Positions 1-9,436 of a DNA stretch of 24,000 nucleotides are shown piece after piece. The DNA is taken from sequence record OQ633473.1; one strand, given 5' to 3'. Made by a program: the position numbers and the translations under genes. How positions within the stretch are numbered: the stretch's first letter is position 1; every line of letters begins with the position of its first letter. Source of the stretch: Streptococcus phage vB_Sags-UPM1. The notes under the pieces are model-generated. The model saw only the letters and a list, made by a program, of their open reading frames with translations, had not been told where the DNA came from and ran no database searches.

Positions 1-543
1 GTTATGTTTAATTTTGATTATTGGATAAGCGTTAGTATTACCATCATTTTGCAAATTAAAAATAAGCTTGTTGCCTTCTTGCGTATAGTCCGAAAACTTT
101 TTGTAAGTAGTTGAATGCGCAACGCCATCTGGGATGTAAAACTCAATAACCGTTTCATCGTACCAATCAGATATTCCTTTTAAGTCAATATCACCTTTTG
201 GAACAGCCATATAATATCTGTCAGGTTCATCTGGTAATGTAAGTTTAAAGGTCGTCTTACTGTGCAAAATACCAGCTATTTTTTCTCTTAATTTATTTAA
301 GTTTTCGTAACTATAAGTCGACGGTTCTGTCGTGTCTACAAATTTACTTGCTCCTATTTCTTTAGTTTTAAAACTAACAGTAACAAAAATAGTCTTAGCG
401 CCAAAACTAACCGATTGAATGGCTTCTCCTAATTCATTTATTTTTCTGGTAGCAATAGACCTATTATTACCTATAGTCCTCACTATGTTTAAACAATTCA
501 AAAAAGGCGATAAATCAACGCCTTTATAACTAAAATTTGCCAA
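1..543 (-). CDS. Distal tail protein (Dit)/phage tail component family, C-terminus beyond window edge
   Basis: Frame read by eye: TTG start at 543-541, directly abutting the tape measure stop (TAA|TTG). Translates MANFSYKGVDLSPFLNCLNIVRTIGNNRSIATRKINELG...IKIKHN without a stop to the window edge. Position after the tape measure gene fits Dit. Confidence 0.75.
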   Translation of the reverse strand, partial: MANFSYKGVDLSPFLNCLNIVRTIGNNRSIATRKINELGEAIQSVSFGAKTIFVTVSFKTKEIGASKFVDTTEPSTYSYENLNKLREKIAGILHSKTTFKLTLPDEPDRYYMAVPKGDIDLKGISDWYDETVIEFYIPDGVAHSTTYKKFSDYTQEGNKLIFNLQNDGNTNAYPIIKIKHN

Positions 544-3192
544 TTATATCAAACCTTTCATTCTATTATTCATTATTTCTTTTTGTTTTTGGTATTCTGT
601 GAAGTTGTCTCCAGCTGTTCGAGCTAATTCTTTACCATTCACAGTCACTACAACGTCTCTATTAGCAAAATCTCTAATAGCTAAAACCGCATCTTTCAAT
701 GCGACAAATCTATCATCTTCTAATTTTCTTGCTGAGTCATTTAGTCCGCCAAAACTTGCATAATGAGTCACGTCAAAACTACTTTGTAAACCTTCCGTAA
801 TTTCCGATATGTTGATATCTTTAAGTTTATTCAATCCGTTTTGAAACTCCTCAGAAATACGACTAGCCATACTAGAAACATTTTTCTTGACTGGTTCAAA
901 GCTATCTGTAAGAGATTTATTAAAACCTCCCATTATAGCTCTACCCGCTGGAATAAGTAATGTTCTATCGTAACTTATTGGCCCTTTATGCTCTTGAATC
1001 CATCCAGCGATACCACCGACAAAATTTTTGACTTTTTCAAAAGCTGAGGTCAATCCATTTAAAAATCCATCCATTATAGCTCTACCAGCTGCTCCTAAGT
1101 TAATATTAGCAAGGGAATTAAGAATGTTTTTTATACGGTTAACTACACTAGAAACGACTTCTTTCGCAGCGTTAATAGCTGTTGAAATACCGTTTTTCAT
1201 CGCATTAAATGCCAGTATAGCGACACTTTTGGCTGTATTAATTTTAGATGATATCTCGTTTCCAATAGCACTCATTCCAGCAGCTACTATGTTAACCAAA
1301 AATTTTAGCGTTACAGAAAATATACCTTTTATAGCACTCCATCCAGCAGAAAAAACTGATACGAAAACACCCAGCATACTTACAAATAAACTAACTAAAA
1401 ACGTCAAACCTCCAATTATTATGTTTTTTATACCTTCCCAAATTGCTCCTGCTCCAGATTTGATAGCGGTCCATGCTGCATTCCAATCACCATTTATAAT
1501 TGCTAATATCACTTTTATAGTTGTGTTGATGACAGACATGCCAACTTGTACCACGCCTGTTATAACCAGAAACAAACCACTTAGAGCTTCAACAAGCGCA
1601 CTCCAAGCTAACTTTAAACCGCCAATAAAAGTAGCGCTGTTAGCCTGTATGAAAGTGAAAATTGATAATATTAGTTGTTTCAATGTTTCGATTAGTGGGG
1701 TGACTGCATCAACCATTGATTTCCAACCAGAAATAATTGTATTTCTAAATGTCTCAGATGTGTTCCAAGCGACTACAAGTGCAGCTATAAATGCTCCGAT
1801 TGCTGCAACAACTAAAATTACAGGTCCTGAAATTATTGAAAAGATTCCTGCTATTGCCGTGAACGCTGTAGAAACTCCTGCTAAAGAAGCAGTTACTTGA
1901 CCAATAAAAATAATTACTGCTCCAAAAATGACTAAAAGAGGCCCAAGAGCTGCGCCAATACCTCCAATAATAACTGCCAGCTTTTGCCCAGCAGGAGATA
2001 ACTTGTTGAACCAATCTATGACTGCTTGGATTTTACCAATAACTCCTTGCAACAATGGATTTAATATACCACCGATTGTAATGCCGGCTGTTTCTAAAGA
2101 ACCTTTGAGCTGTTCAATTGCTCCTTTAAGACCGCTATTCATAGTGTTTGCCATTTTGTCAGCAGCACCTTTTGAATTTTTCAACCCTTCGGTCAGTTTC
2201 GCTAATTGTCCCGGTGCAGAATTAACCAACGCAAGCATTCCTGATAATGATTCCTTACCGAACAAGATTGATAGAGCAGCGGATTTCTGTTGGTCTGTCA
2301 AACCAGACATTTTATCTCTTAATTGTCCTGTTATCTCTGTTAAAGACCGCATTTTCCCGTTTGCATCAAAAAAAGATAATCCGAGACCATCAATAACAGC
2401 TTGCATTTGGTCTGTCGGTTTTGCTAATCTGGTGATAGCTGTTCTAAGAGTTGTACCAGCTTGAGAGCCTTTTATACCAGCGTTTGACATAATACCTATT
2501 GCTGCTGCAGTTTCTTCCATCGAAATTTTCATAGCTCCAGCAACAGGACCAGCATATTTTAACGCTTCCGCCATGTCTGCAACCTCTGAGTTTGTATCTG
2601 CTGCAGCTTTTGCGAACACATCGGCTACATGAGTGGCTTCACTTGCGTTCAAGCTAAACATATTTACCGCAGTCGCTGCTGCTTCAGAGGCTAAAGCCAA
2701 ATCTCCACCAGAAGCCGCTGCTAGAGACATTACCCCTGGAGATGCAGCTAAGATTTGATTTGCATTAAACCCTGCTGAAGCCATCATTTCTTGTCCTTGT
2801 GCAACTTCCTTAGCACTAAAAACAGATGATGCTCCAAGATCAATAGCTTGTTTCCTGAGTTTCTCGAAGTCAGCCCCAGTCGCTCCAGAGATTGCTTTTA
2901 CTCTGTTCATTTGAGATTCAAAATCTCCAAATGTTTTTGCAGCAGCGACTCCTAACCCAACTATTGGAAGTGTGACGTATTTTGAAAGGCTACGCCCAAC
3001 ACTTTGCATCCCTTGACCGACCATCGTAGTGTATTGACCAATCTTTCCAAGTGTCGAGACGTTACTATTCCCGATAGACTTTATCTTATCTATCGTCTTT
3101 TGTGCAACGGACTGAGCTTTACTCATTGTAGAAGTGAAATTTGAATCGGTAGCTCTTAAAATAGCTTCAACAGTGTATGCTCTACTAGACAT
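544..3192 (-). CDS. Tail tape measure protein (TP901 family)
   Basis: 882 aa; 'TFGDFESQMNRVKAISGA' type N-terminus, long Ala/Gly-rich and hydrophobic segments, position between gpG/T and Dit. Confidence 0.95.
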   Translation of the reverse strand: MSSRAYTVEAILRATDSNFTSTMSKAQSVAQKTIDKIKSIGNSNVSTLGKIGQYTTMVGQGMQSVGRSLSKYVTLPIVGLGVAAAKTFGDFESQMNRVKAISGATGADFEKLRKQAIDLGASSVFSAKEVAQGQEMMASAGFNANQILAASPGVMSLAAASGGDLALASEAAATAVNMFSLNASEATHVADVFAKAAADTNSEVADMAEALKYAGPVAGAMKISMEETAAAIGIMSNAGIKGSQAGTTLRTAITRLAKPTDQMQAVIDGLGLSFFDANGKMRSLTEITGQLRDKMSGLTDQQKSAALSILFGKESLSGMLALVNSAPGQLAKLTEGLKNSKGAADKMANTMNSGLKGAIEQLKGSLETAGITIGGILNPLLQGVIGKIQAVIDWFNKLSPAGQKLAVIIGGIGAALGPLLVIFGAVIIFIGQVTASLAGVSTAFTAIAGIFSIISGPVILVVAAIGAFIAALVVAWNTSETFRNTIISGWKSMVDAVTPLIETLKQLILSIFTFIQANSATFIGGLKLAWSALVEALSGLFLVITGVVQVGMSVINTTIKVILAIINGDWNAAWTAIKSGAGAIWEGIKNIIIGGLTFLVSLFVSMLGVFVSVFSAGWSAIKGIFSVTLKFLVNIVAAGMSAIGNEISSKINTAKSVAILAFNAMKNGISTAINAAKEVVSSVVNRIKNILNSLANINLGAAGRAIMDGFLNGLTSAFEKVKNFVGGIAGWIQEHKGPISYDRTLLIPAGRAIMGGFNKSLTDSFEPVKKNVSSMASRISEEFQNGLNKLKDINISEITEGLQSSFDVTHYASFGGLNDSARKLEDDRFVALKDAVLAIRDFANRDVVVTVNGKELARTAGDNFTEYQKQKEIMNNRMKGLI

Positions 3193-3924
3193 TTAAACCT
3201 CCTCTCTCTCTTAATTCCTTAACTCTATTAGCTCTGTCAATGATTTTAGGATTTATGGTATTATCAACCGATGCTGACAATACTTGCTTTTTCCGTTTCT
3301 CATAATCGTAAAACTCTTCAAATTCACGGTAAACATATTCGCCTTTAGAATTGGCAGCTTTAACGTTGCGATTAACAAAAGCACTTAAGTAAATATCTCT
3401 TTCAGATTCTAAACGTTTTAAAAGATAACCTTTAATCCTTAAATTGTATTCTTTTACTGTCATACGACGAGCAACATTAAAGTCTTTCACATCCAACAAC
3501 CCAAAAATGTTGCTAATAATCTCGTTGTAGGTTTCAAGAGAAGAACTTGTTATATCTTTTTGATTTAACCCTCCTCTAAAGCTTTTAAGATTGGGCTTAC
3601 TTGTGTTTTCAAAAGAGGTGCTTTCTTCAAGATCGTTAAAAAATCATCTAAAACTTCTCCCAGTTTTCCATTTTCTGCTTGTTCTATAGCCCACTTTTCA
3701 ATATCTTCTTTTTTAGGGATTGAGTATTCTGTGTGTGTAGCTGATAAAATAATATCTTCTAAAATAAGCGGATTTTTTGCAGCTAGCTGCATAACTGCAG
3801 TTTGAACTCCTGTACCAAACTTAAAGCCATTGTTATCAACAAAAAAGCGCTTATCCATTTCTCGAATAAAGTCAAAGCCAAAGTTTAATGGGTAATTTTT
3901 TCCTGCGATTGTAATTTCTTTCAT
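3185..3924 (-). CDS. Predicted gpG-gpT tail assembly chaperone fusion made by -1 programmed frameshift
   Basis: The T frame is open upstream of the called start at 3499, back to a TGA just before the slippery site. Slippery heptamer T_TTT_TTA at 3643-3637. Read-through product after slippage: ...DDFLNDLEESTSFENTSKPNLKSFRGGLNQKDITSSSLETYNEIISNIFGLLDVKDF... Confidence 0.75.
3565..3924 (-). CDS. Tail assembly chaperone, gpG-like (zero-frame product)
   Basis: Called ORF 3565..3954 starts at a TTG inside a terminator-like hairpin. ATG at 3924 (MKEITIAGKNYPLNFGFDFI...) follows an AAGGAGAG ribosome binding site. Located directly upstream of the tape measure gene. Confidence 0.8.
   Translation of the reverse strand: MKEITIAGKNYPLNFGFDFIREMDKRFFVDNNGFKFGTGVQTAVMQLAAKNPLILEDIILSATHTEYSIPKKEDIEKWAIEQAENGKLGEVLDDFLTILKKAPLLKTQVSPILKALEEG
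3637..3643 (-). promoter_or_regulatory. Slippery heptamer TTTTTTA for -1 frameshifting
   Basis: Reads T_TTT_TTA in the gpG frame; -1 frame is open afterwards through the whole gpT ORF. Confidence 0.7.
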
Positions 3925-3940
3925 TTTTGATTTTCTCTCC

Positions 3941-3971
3941 TTAAAAAATAACAAGGGTAAAAACCCTTGTT
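3941..3971 (-). terminator. Intrinsic terminator-like hairpin after the major tail gene
   Basis: Perfect 9-bp stem AACAAGGGT (3950-3958)/ACCCTTGTT (3963-3971), 4-nt loop, then ATTTTTTAA on the minus strand. Confidence 0.7.
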
Positions 3972-4039
3972 TTAAAAATTAATTGCCTTGTGTTAGATTA
4001 ACTACTTGCTTCTACATGAGAAACAGTATCGCCGTTTGT

Positions 4040-4525
4040 TTAAGTGACGTCTTTAAACACATATTGAATAGCCTTGATTTGCTCTTTGGTGAGGGTAGCT
4101 TTACCTTTGACAGGTTTTCCATCAATAGCCATTTCTGTGGAAATTTCAGATAATTCTTCTACGTTCGAAGGAACTTCCCACGAACCCAGCCGACCTATTG
4201 CGTACTCTGCATCATATTTATTATCTGAATTGTTGTTGCTATTTAAGTCAATATCCCAGACCTCAATCTGCTTACCTTCTAAAACAGCATTCTTTAGTGT
4301 CGTATTCAATTCATCACGACTTGCCACACCTTTGATTTCCAAAGTTACCTCAAGCCCTTTGTCAGAATTGATAGCACCATCTTTTGTGATTTTAGCATCT
4401 GTTTTTCTACTATATTTCCATTTATGTTCTGTCTGAAAAGACAATTTAGCCGCAGCCGCCTTATCTCCAAGCACACGGAACATCAAAATATTATCTTTCC
4501 CATAAATCGGTGAACTTGTGACCAT
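4040..4525 (-). CDS. Major tail protein (TP901-1 family-like)
   Basis: 161 aa, position between tail completion genes and gpG; MVTSSPIYGKDNILMFRVLGDKAAAAKLSFQTEH... Confidence 0.8.
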   Translation of the reverse strand: MVTSSPIYGKDNILMFRVLGDKAAAAKLSFQTEHKWKYSRKTDAKITKDGAINSDKGLEVTLEIKGVASRDELNTTLKNAVLEGKQIEVWDIDLNSNNNSDNKYDAEYAIGRLGSWEVPSNVEELSEISTEMAIDGKPVKGKATLTKEQIKAIQYVFKDVT

Positions 4526-4533
4526 ATTTCCTC

Positions 4534-4920
4534 CTATACAAAATTAAAATAAATATTTAAAATGCCATGATAAAGATTTTCGTTTGTACTGTTATCTTTT
4601 AAGATCTGAGTATCGCTTTCGTTCATTACCATAGCCCATTTGTTATCATCAATTTGGCTAATCTTACTGACTTCCAACATGATTTGAGCAATCATATCGC
4701 TTACTACTTTTCTATCCGTGCTATCTCCCCAAACATTGATAGTCGTTGAGCACTTACCTATTAACTGCGTTTTTGTAGCCATAGGAATAATGTGAGTATC
4801 TCCCATCACAACAAACGGGTACTTAGTTCCGGTTGGTGGTAAAAAATCATAGACAGAAAAACCGAGACCGTCAATCCTCGTAAAGATTTCATCAAATAGC
4901 ACTTGATCTGGTTGTTTCAT
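4534..4920 (-). CDS. Tail completion/terminator protein (DUF3168-like)
   Basis: 128 aa, size, order and 'YPFVVMGDTH...' sequence typical of the family. Confidence 0.7.
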   Translation of the reverse strand: MKQPDQVLFDEIFTRIDGLGFSVYDFLPPTGTKYPFVVMGDTHIIPMATKTQLIGKCSTTINVWGDSTDRKVVSDMIAQIMLEVSKISQIDDNKWAMVMNESDTQILKDNSTNENLYHGILNIYFNFV

Positions 4921-5300
4921 TCTTCCGTCCTCGCTAAATCTTTAATAAAGTTTTCGATAACACCATCAAGGGCAGGTTTCATAAAAGGTTGAGCTTCCAT
5001 GAAACGTGTCCCTGTTTCAAGGTAACCTGAATAATTCGTCCCGCTAGTTACTTTAGCCACTGTGTCTAAATTACTTACTTCTAAAGCGATAGATCTCTTT
5101 GTTGCTCCTGTCGGTTTAACAAATACATATCCCTCGCCTTTTCTTTTTTCATAATGACCGTTGAAATTTGCGTTTTGAACAGCTTTTTTATGTAGCTTAA
5201 CACCGTTTTTTCTGACAGCTTTACGCTTGTTGTTAAACGATGCCTCTTTTTTTAAGGCATTTAATAAGTCATGTTCTCCTTCAATCGTTAAATTAATCAT
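4917..5300 (-). CDS. HK97 gp10-like head-tail protein
   Basis: 127 aa; 'AVQNANFNGHYEKRKGEGYVFVKPTGATKRSI...YSGYLETGTRFMEAQPFMKPAL' is the gp10 family pattern. Confidence 0.85.
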   Translation of the reverse strand: MINLTIEGEHDLLNALKKEASFNNKRKAVRKNGVKLHKKAVQNANFNGHYEKRKGEGYVFVKPTGATKRSIALEVSNLDTVAKVTSGTNYSGYLETGTRFMEAQPFMKPALDGVIENFIKDLARTEE

Positions 5301-5592
5301 TAGGTAATTCCTCTACATATAACGCTCTGTTTCGCTTTGTGACGACACGATATGCTTTATCTGATATAAATACCTTAGATATATTTTTAACGTCGTGACG
5401 AAGCCTTACTACTCGTCTATCAAGGTCTAGTTTTTCTGCTAACATATTAGATAACTCTATTCCTTGCTCCGAAATATTACACGAAACTATTTTTTTTATG
5501 ACTTCCCCACCAACACGTCTACCTAAAGCAGGGTCATAGTGCGGTTCGCCATCAACTTTGATTAAAAGGGTAACTCTGTCGTTATCTCTCAT
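5293..5592 (-). CDS. Putative head closure/head-tail joining protein
   Basis: 99 aa; conserved head-to-tail gene order and size. Confidence 0.55.
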   Translation of the reverse strand: MRDNDRVTLLIKVDGEPHYDPALGRRVGGEVIKKIVSCNISEQGIELSNMLAEKLDLDRRVVRLRHDVKNISKVFISDKAYRVVTKRNRALYVEELPND

Positions 5593-5954
5593 AAAAAATA
5601 GATACCACCTTTTTTAGCTTTTTGATCAGAAATCTTTAGTCTACTTTTAATCATTGAGTCGTATGGTTCGAATTCATTTAAAAAATCGTAGTAAGTGATA
5701 GCTCTTCCTTCAACGGACTCTGATTTAGCCCGTTCAGCACCTCGCCTGTTATAGCGAGCAATCAAACAATCTTCAAGGACAAATGAAAAGGCACTATCTA
5801 TCTCATTAGTGCCATACTCTGCTGAAAAGTGGTCAGTAATCCTTTTTAGCAACATTTCCAATAGTTTGTCTTGTAATGTATCGTTGATATCTAAATCAAG
5901 CTTTACATTATTAATGATTGTTTGCGTGTTTATCTTTTCCATAAACACCTCCAA
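5589..5954 (-). CDS. Phage head-tail connector (gp6-like)
   Basis: 121 aa all-helical type protein after the capsid module; 'DSAFSFVLEDCLIARYNRRGAERAKSESVEGRAITYYD'. Confidence 0.7.
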   Translation of the reverse strand: MEVFMEKINTQTIINNVKLDLDINDTLQDKLLEMLLKRITDHFSAEYGTNEIDSAFSFVLEDCLIARYNRRGAERAKSESVEGRAITYYDFLNEFEPYDSMIKSRLKISDQKAKKGGIYFL

Positions 5955-5957
5955 AAA

Positions 5958-6212
5958 TTAATCGGTGTGAGATTCTAAAAGCTCTAGCAATTCCGCTTTT
6001 TTAGCTTTAGAATCGTAATTAACACCTAGTTCATCAAGTTCACGCTTTAGCTCGTCAACTTTTAAATTGCTAAAGTTTGTTGACTGTGTGTCAGTAGCTT
6101 TTAAAACACCTTTCCCAGTCAAAAACTCAACTCTAGCACCGTTATACTCTTCACCGACTTTATAAATAAAACCAGTCTCTTTATCTCTAAAAGCTTCAAT
6201 TACTAGAGCCAC
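5958..6212 (-). CDS. Small protein with C-terminal HeH/LEM (SAP-like) domain
   Basis: C-terminus 'NLKVDELKRELDELGVNYDSKAKKAELLELLE'. Confidence 0.65.
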   Translation of the reverse strand: MALVIEAFRDKETGFIYKVGEEYNGARVEFLTGKGVLKATDTQSTNFSNLKVDELKRELDELGVNYDSKAKKAELLELLESHTD

Positions 6213-6224
6213 GATTACCTCCTT

Positions 6225-7277
6225 TTATAATGATACTTCCGAACTTGTTACAATCTGTACTTCATCTAAGCGCTCGAATGATGGTAGAGCAATCATAGAA
6301 ACTTTAGTCTGTACGTTAACAGGGTCAGTAGTCTTAGTGGTTGTAACAGCAATACCTGTTTCTACAAGAGATACCTGTGCATCTGTTGCTTGACCTCCCA
6401 TGAGGTCAGACTGTTCAGGAGTTGTCCCAAATACTGTATAGCCAAGATTTCCGTTAGGTACAAGTGTAACTACGCCATCAGGGAAATACTTCTTGCTTTC
6501 ACCTGCGTCGTTAACGAACACACCATCTTTAAGTAAGATGTTTAATCCCAATTCTTCAGAAAGATAAGATTTTAATTCTGCTTTAGTAACAATTGAGCCT
6601 TCTGGTGCAAGTGGTTTAATTACTTTTACGGTTGCTTTTGCATTTTTGATATAGCCAAAAGTTTTTGAGTTTAAGACAATAGCTTCAGGAACGTGACCAC
6701 GCTCTGTTACTGTTTCAATAGCTTTCTCAATGTCGGCAAGAGGGTTAGCAGTTTCTTTATTTGACCATTCTTGTGAACTTTTAGTCGTTTGAGTTACAGC
6801 TAATCCATAATCGATATCTTTCATAACACCGTTTGAATTGATGTGGATTTTACCACTTGACAACACTTCCATGCGCATAGCTTCAAGACGTGCTTTAGCA
6901 CCAGCGATTAGAGTAGTTTCATCATTAAAGATTGTTGATAACACTGTGTCAATAAGTTCTTGATTTTTAGTTTGTGCTAAAACGTTAAGTTGTTGACGGT
7001 CAGCCTCTTTTACAAGCATACCTTCCTTGAAGTAAGGCATTTCTTCGTCTAACAAGTCTACAGACATGCGGTCACGAAGTGGAACTTTAGTGTCAAACGC
7101 CGCCGCTTTGATACTAACTGGTTTGCCAGCTGCTCCTTTGATAAATGATAACTTAAGACCAAGTTGTTGTTTAGATGGGAAAGCTTTTTCTCCCAAAGAC
7201 AAGTCAACGTTTGCTTGTTGTTTATCATAAAATCCTTTGATGTTAGCAGATGTTACAACGTCATAAATTAATGCCAT
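6225..7277 (-). CDS. Major capsid protein
   Basis: 350 aa, located between scaffold/decoration genes and connectors; 'PTVPLRDRMSVDLLDEEMPYFKEGMLVKEADRQQL'-type capsid features. Confidence 0.85.
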   Translation of the reverse strand: MALIYDVVTSANIKGFYDKQQANVDLSLGEKAFPSKQQLGLKLSFIKGAAGKPVSIKAAAFDTKVPLRDRMSVDLLDEEMPYFKEGMLVKEADRQQLNVLAQTKNQELIDTVLSTIFNDETTLIAGAKARLEAMRMEVLSSGKIHINSNGVMKDIDYGLAVTQTTKSSQEWSNKETANPLADIEKAIETVTERGHVPEAIVLNSKTFGYIKNAKATVKVIKPLAPEGSIVTKAELKSYLSEELGLNILLKDGVFVNDAGESKKYFPDGVVTLVPNGNLGYTVFGTTPEQSDLMGGQATDAQVSLVETGIAVTTTKTTDPVNVQTKVSMIALPSFERLDEVQIVTSSEVSL

Positions 7278-7660
7278 TATTTAGTTCCTCCTTTTACAAA
7301 TACAATGTGTGGTAATTTAGTAGCTAATTTTGATGGATCTTTAGCCAAAGCAGAGTCTGCCAACTTATCAGAATTTACTGTGCCACGATAAACAAGAGGA
7401 CCCGCAGCATTGCCTTTAGATAAGTCAACATCTGTCAACAAAATGCCATCGATATGAGCTTCACCATCTACTTCACTGTTTTGAACTGGTTTTACTTTTT
7501 TAGTACGATCTTTAAAAACAGACTCATCAATCCCTGCTAAAACTGTTCCAGCAGATGCCAGTCCATTACCAAATTTACTTGCATCTAAAGTCACAGAAAT
7601 CGCTTCGTATGGCAAGTTATGTAAAATCTCTTTTGATGTTTTTACTGTACGTTTATTCAT
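7277..7660 (-). CDS. Putative capsid decoration/accessory head protein
   Basis: 127 aa between scaffold and major capsid; 'GTVLAGIDESVF...VDGEAHIDGILLTDVDLSKGNAAGPLVYRG'. Confidence 0.55.
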   Translation of the reverse strand: MNKRTVKTSKEILHNLPYEAISVTLDASKFGNGLASAGTVLAGIDESVFKDRTKKVKPVQNSEVDGEAHIDGILLTDVDLSKGNAAGPLVYRGTVNSDKLADSALAKDPSKLATKLPHIVFVKGGTK

Positions 7661-7669
7661 TTTTTCCTC

Positions 7670-8248
7670 CTAAAATAGTTTGGTGTTAACTTTTCCAGCT
7701 CGTTCTGCTAAGCTTGCACCAAAATTTGATTGAGTTGTAATAGAGCCACTTCCGATTGAAGGGGTGGCTTGTCGTGCCAATGATTTGCGATCATCAGCGA
7801 TTGCTTTAGCAAATGCGCTAGCTAGCTTAGTGACATTTGCTTTTGTTTGCTCTGCATCTAAAGTTACTGCAAGACTAAGAACATCATCATCAACATTAAT
7901 GTTAGACTCCAAAAACATCTTACGAGCAACAGCGGTTAGTTCATTGCGTGTCTTATCGTTTTTTAATTCTTGCAATTCTTCTAAAAGCTTCTGCGTCTCA
8001 TAGTCCGCTTTTTCTTTGTCATTCATTTCTGCCAATTTCTTAGCTTCGTCTTGCTCGGCTTTAAACTGCTCTTGAGCATCTTTATGAGCTTTAGCAACTG
8101 CACGATTTACATTTTGTTTAATCATTTCAGTTACTTCTTCTTGTGTAAAAGTCTTTTCTGTTGTAGCCTCTGTTTGCTCTTTGACTTGAGTGTCGACTTC
8201 CTCTTGAGCGACTTCTTCAACTACACCATTTTCAACTAAATCTGCCAT
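7670..8248 (-). CDS. Capsid scaffolding protein (DUF4355-like)
   Basis: 192 aa, acidic and coiled-coil rich; 'FTQEEVTEMIKQNVNRAVAKAHKDAQEQ...LNEMNDKEKADYE' pattern and position. Confidence 0.85.
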   Translation of the reverse strand: MADLVENGVVEEVAQEEVDTQVKEQTEATTEKTFTQEEVTEMIKQNVNRAVAKAHKDAQEQFKAEQDEAKKLAEMNDKEKADYETQKLLEELQELKNDKTRNELTAVARKMFLESNINVDDDVLSLAVTLDAEQTKANVTKLASAFAKAIADDRKSLARQATPSIGSGSITTQSNFGASLAERAGKVNTKLF

Positions 8249-8464
8249 GAGGCGCCTCCTTGTTTAAAGTCATGTCTGACTATAATATCTTGCACAGTTT
8301 TTAGCCTTAAGCACGTTTTGGGCATAATAAAACCAGTTGAATTCAACCAGTTTGAGCAATTATTAATTATTTTTTAATTTGGAATCTAAAGCAGATAACG
8401 GAAGCAATGTGGATAATACCCACCAACTGTTGTTAAAAAAAGAATATTAACCAACAAATAAATT

Positions 8465-9436
8465 TCACTTTTTACCTTTCTTATGTTCGATATCTTCTCC
8501 TATAACAGCACAACGACAATGTGGATGGAATGGCGGAGCAGTATTACCAGTATCCCATTTTTCCATTGGATAAGGCCCATCACTCGCTATCCCTTTACAA
8601 ATAGAGCAAGCAGATGGTTCTGGTAGTATTTCAAATCCGTTAAAACCATTATCTTCTATAGACATTTTGCTGACTTCCATTTGTATTCTTGCGTGTTCTG
8701 TTATAGCGAGGCGTCTAGCATAGTTATCTGACACTTCAAATTCTTTTTTTAGCTTATTGGATAGTTTAATAGCATTATCACCTCTTGCAATAGCTTTATA
8801 AACTTCATCTTTTACTATTCTTCTAAGTTCATTTTGTCTTTGCCAGATATTTTCGGACCATTTTGCTCCTTTAAAATTTGCGTTAATCGTTGTTTCAGCG
8901 AGTCTTTTTATAGCTTTTTGACTTGCAACAGAAGTACCAAGTAGTCCAGATTGGAATTTCAATTCTTTTTCATAACCATCTTCCAAAAATCTTTTCGTTG
9001 CTCTGTACTCTTCTTCCGATAAGTTTTGCATTGATAAATCAATATTTAGTTGTAAAAGCTCTAATGCGTTTACTTTCATCTTTAAATTATAGACAGCCAT
9101 ATCTATGTTTTCTTGATGCGTAAAATTAGCTTTAGTGACTTTAATTCCCTCTTTGCGCATTTCGTTAGCCCTTGCAACTAATTCTTTTGCCTTTTTCTGA
9201 TAAGCGTTGATATCAACGTCAGAGACAGCTTTTTTAGCGAGCTTTAAGTCTATTGCCTCTTTATCTGCATAGCGTTGATAAAAAGATTCAATTTCTTTTT
9301 CTATCTCACGGAAGTGGTAGTCGTGTATTTGTTTCATGGATTTTCCTAGACTGATATCTTTTTTGTCTTTGGCTTCCATCTCTTTTTTAACACGTTTACG
9401 CCAATAACTTTTACCTTCCTTAGTGTGCATGTCCAT
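8465..9436 (-). CDS. Minor capsid protein, SPP1 gp7/MuF family
   Basis: 323 aa; C-terminus 'ARRLAITEHARIQMEV...CSICKGIASDGPYPMEKWDTGNTAPPFHPHCRCAV'. Confidence 0.93.
   Translation of the reverse strand: MDMHTKEGKSYWRKRVKKEMEAKDKKDISLGKSMKQIHDYHFREIEKEIESFYQRYADKEAIDLKLAKKAVSDVDINAYQKKAKELVARANEMRKEGIKVTKANFTHQENIDMAVYNLKMKVNALELLQLNIDLSMQNLSEEEYRATKRFLEDGYEKELKFQSGLLGTSVASQKAIKRLAETTINANFKGAKWSENIWQRQNELRRIVKDEVYKAIARGDNAIKLSNKLKKEFEVSDNYARRLAITEHARIQMEVSKMSIEDNGFNGFEILPEPSACSICKGIASDGPYPMEKWDTGNTAPPFHPHCRCAVIGEDIEHKKGKK

Noticed and set aside
1028-2464. Plus-strand ORFs 1028..1900, 1754..2014, 1928..2464
   Set aside because: Antisense to the long, well-supported tape measure gene; no homology-like features.
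8249-8340. 26-aa ORF ending in an ATGA overlap with the scaffold start
   Set aside because: No ribosome binding site and too short to support.
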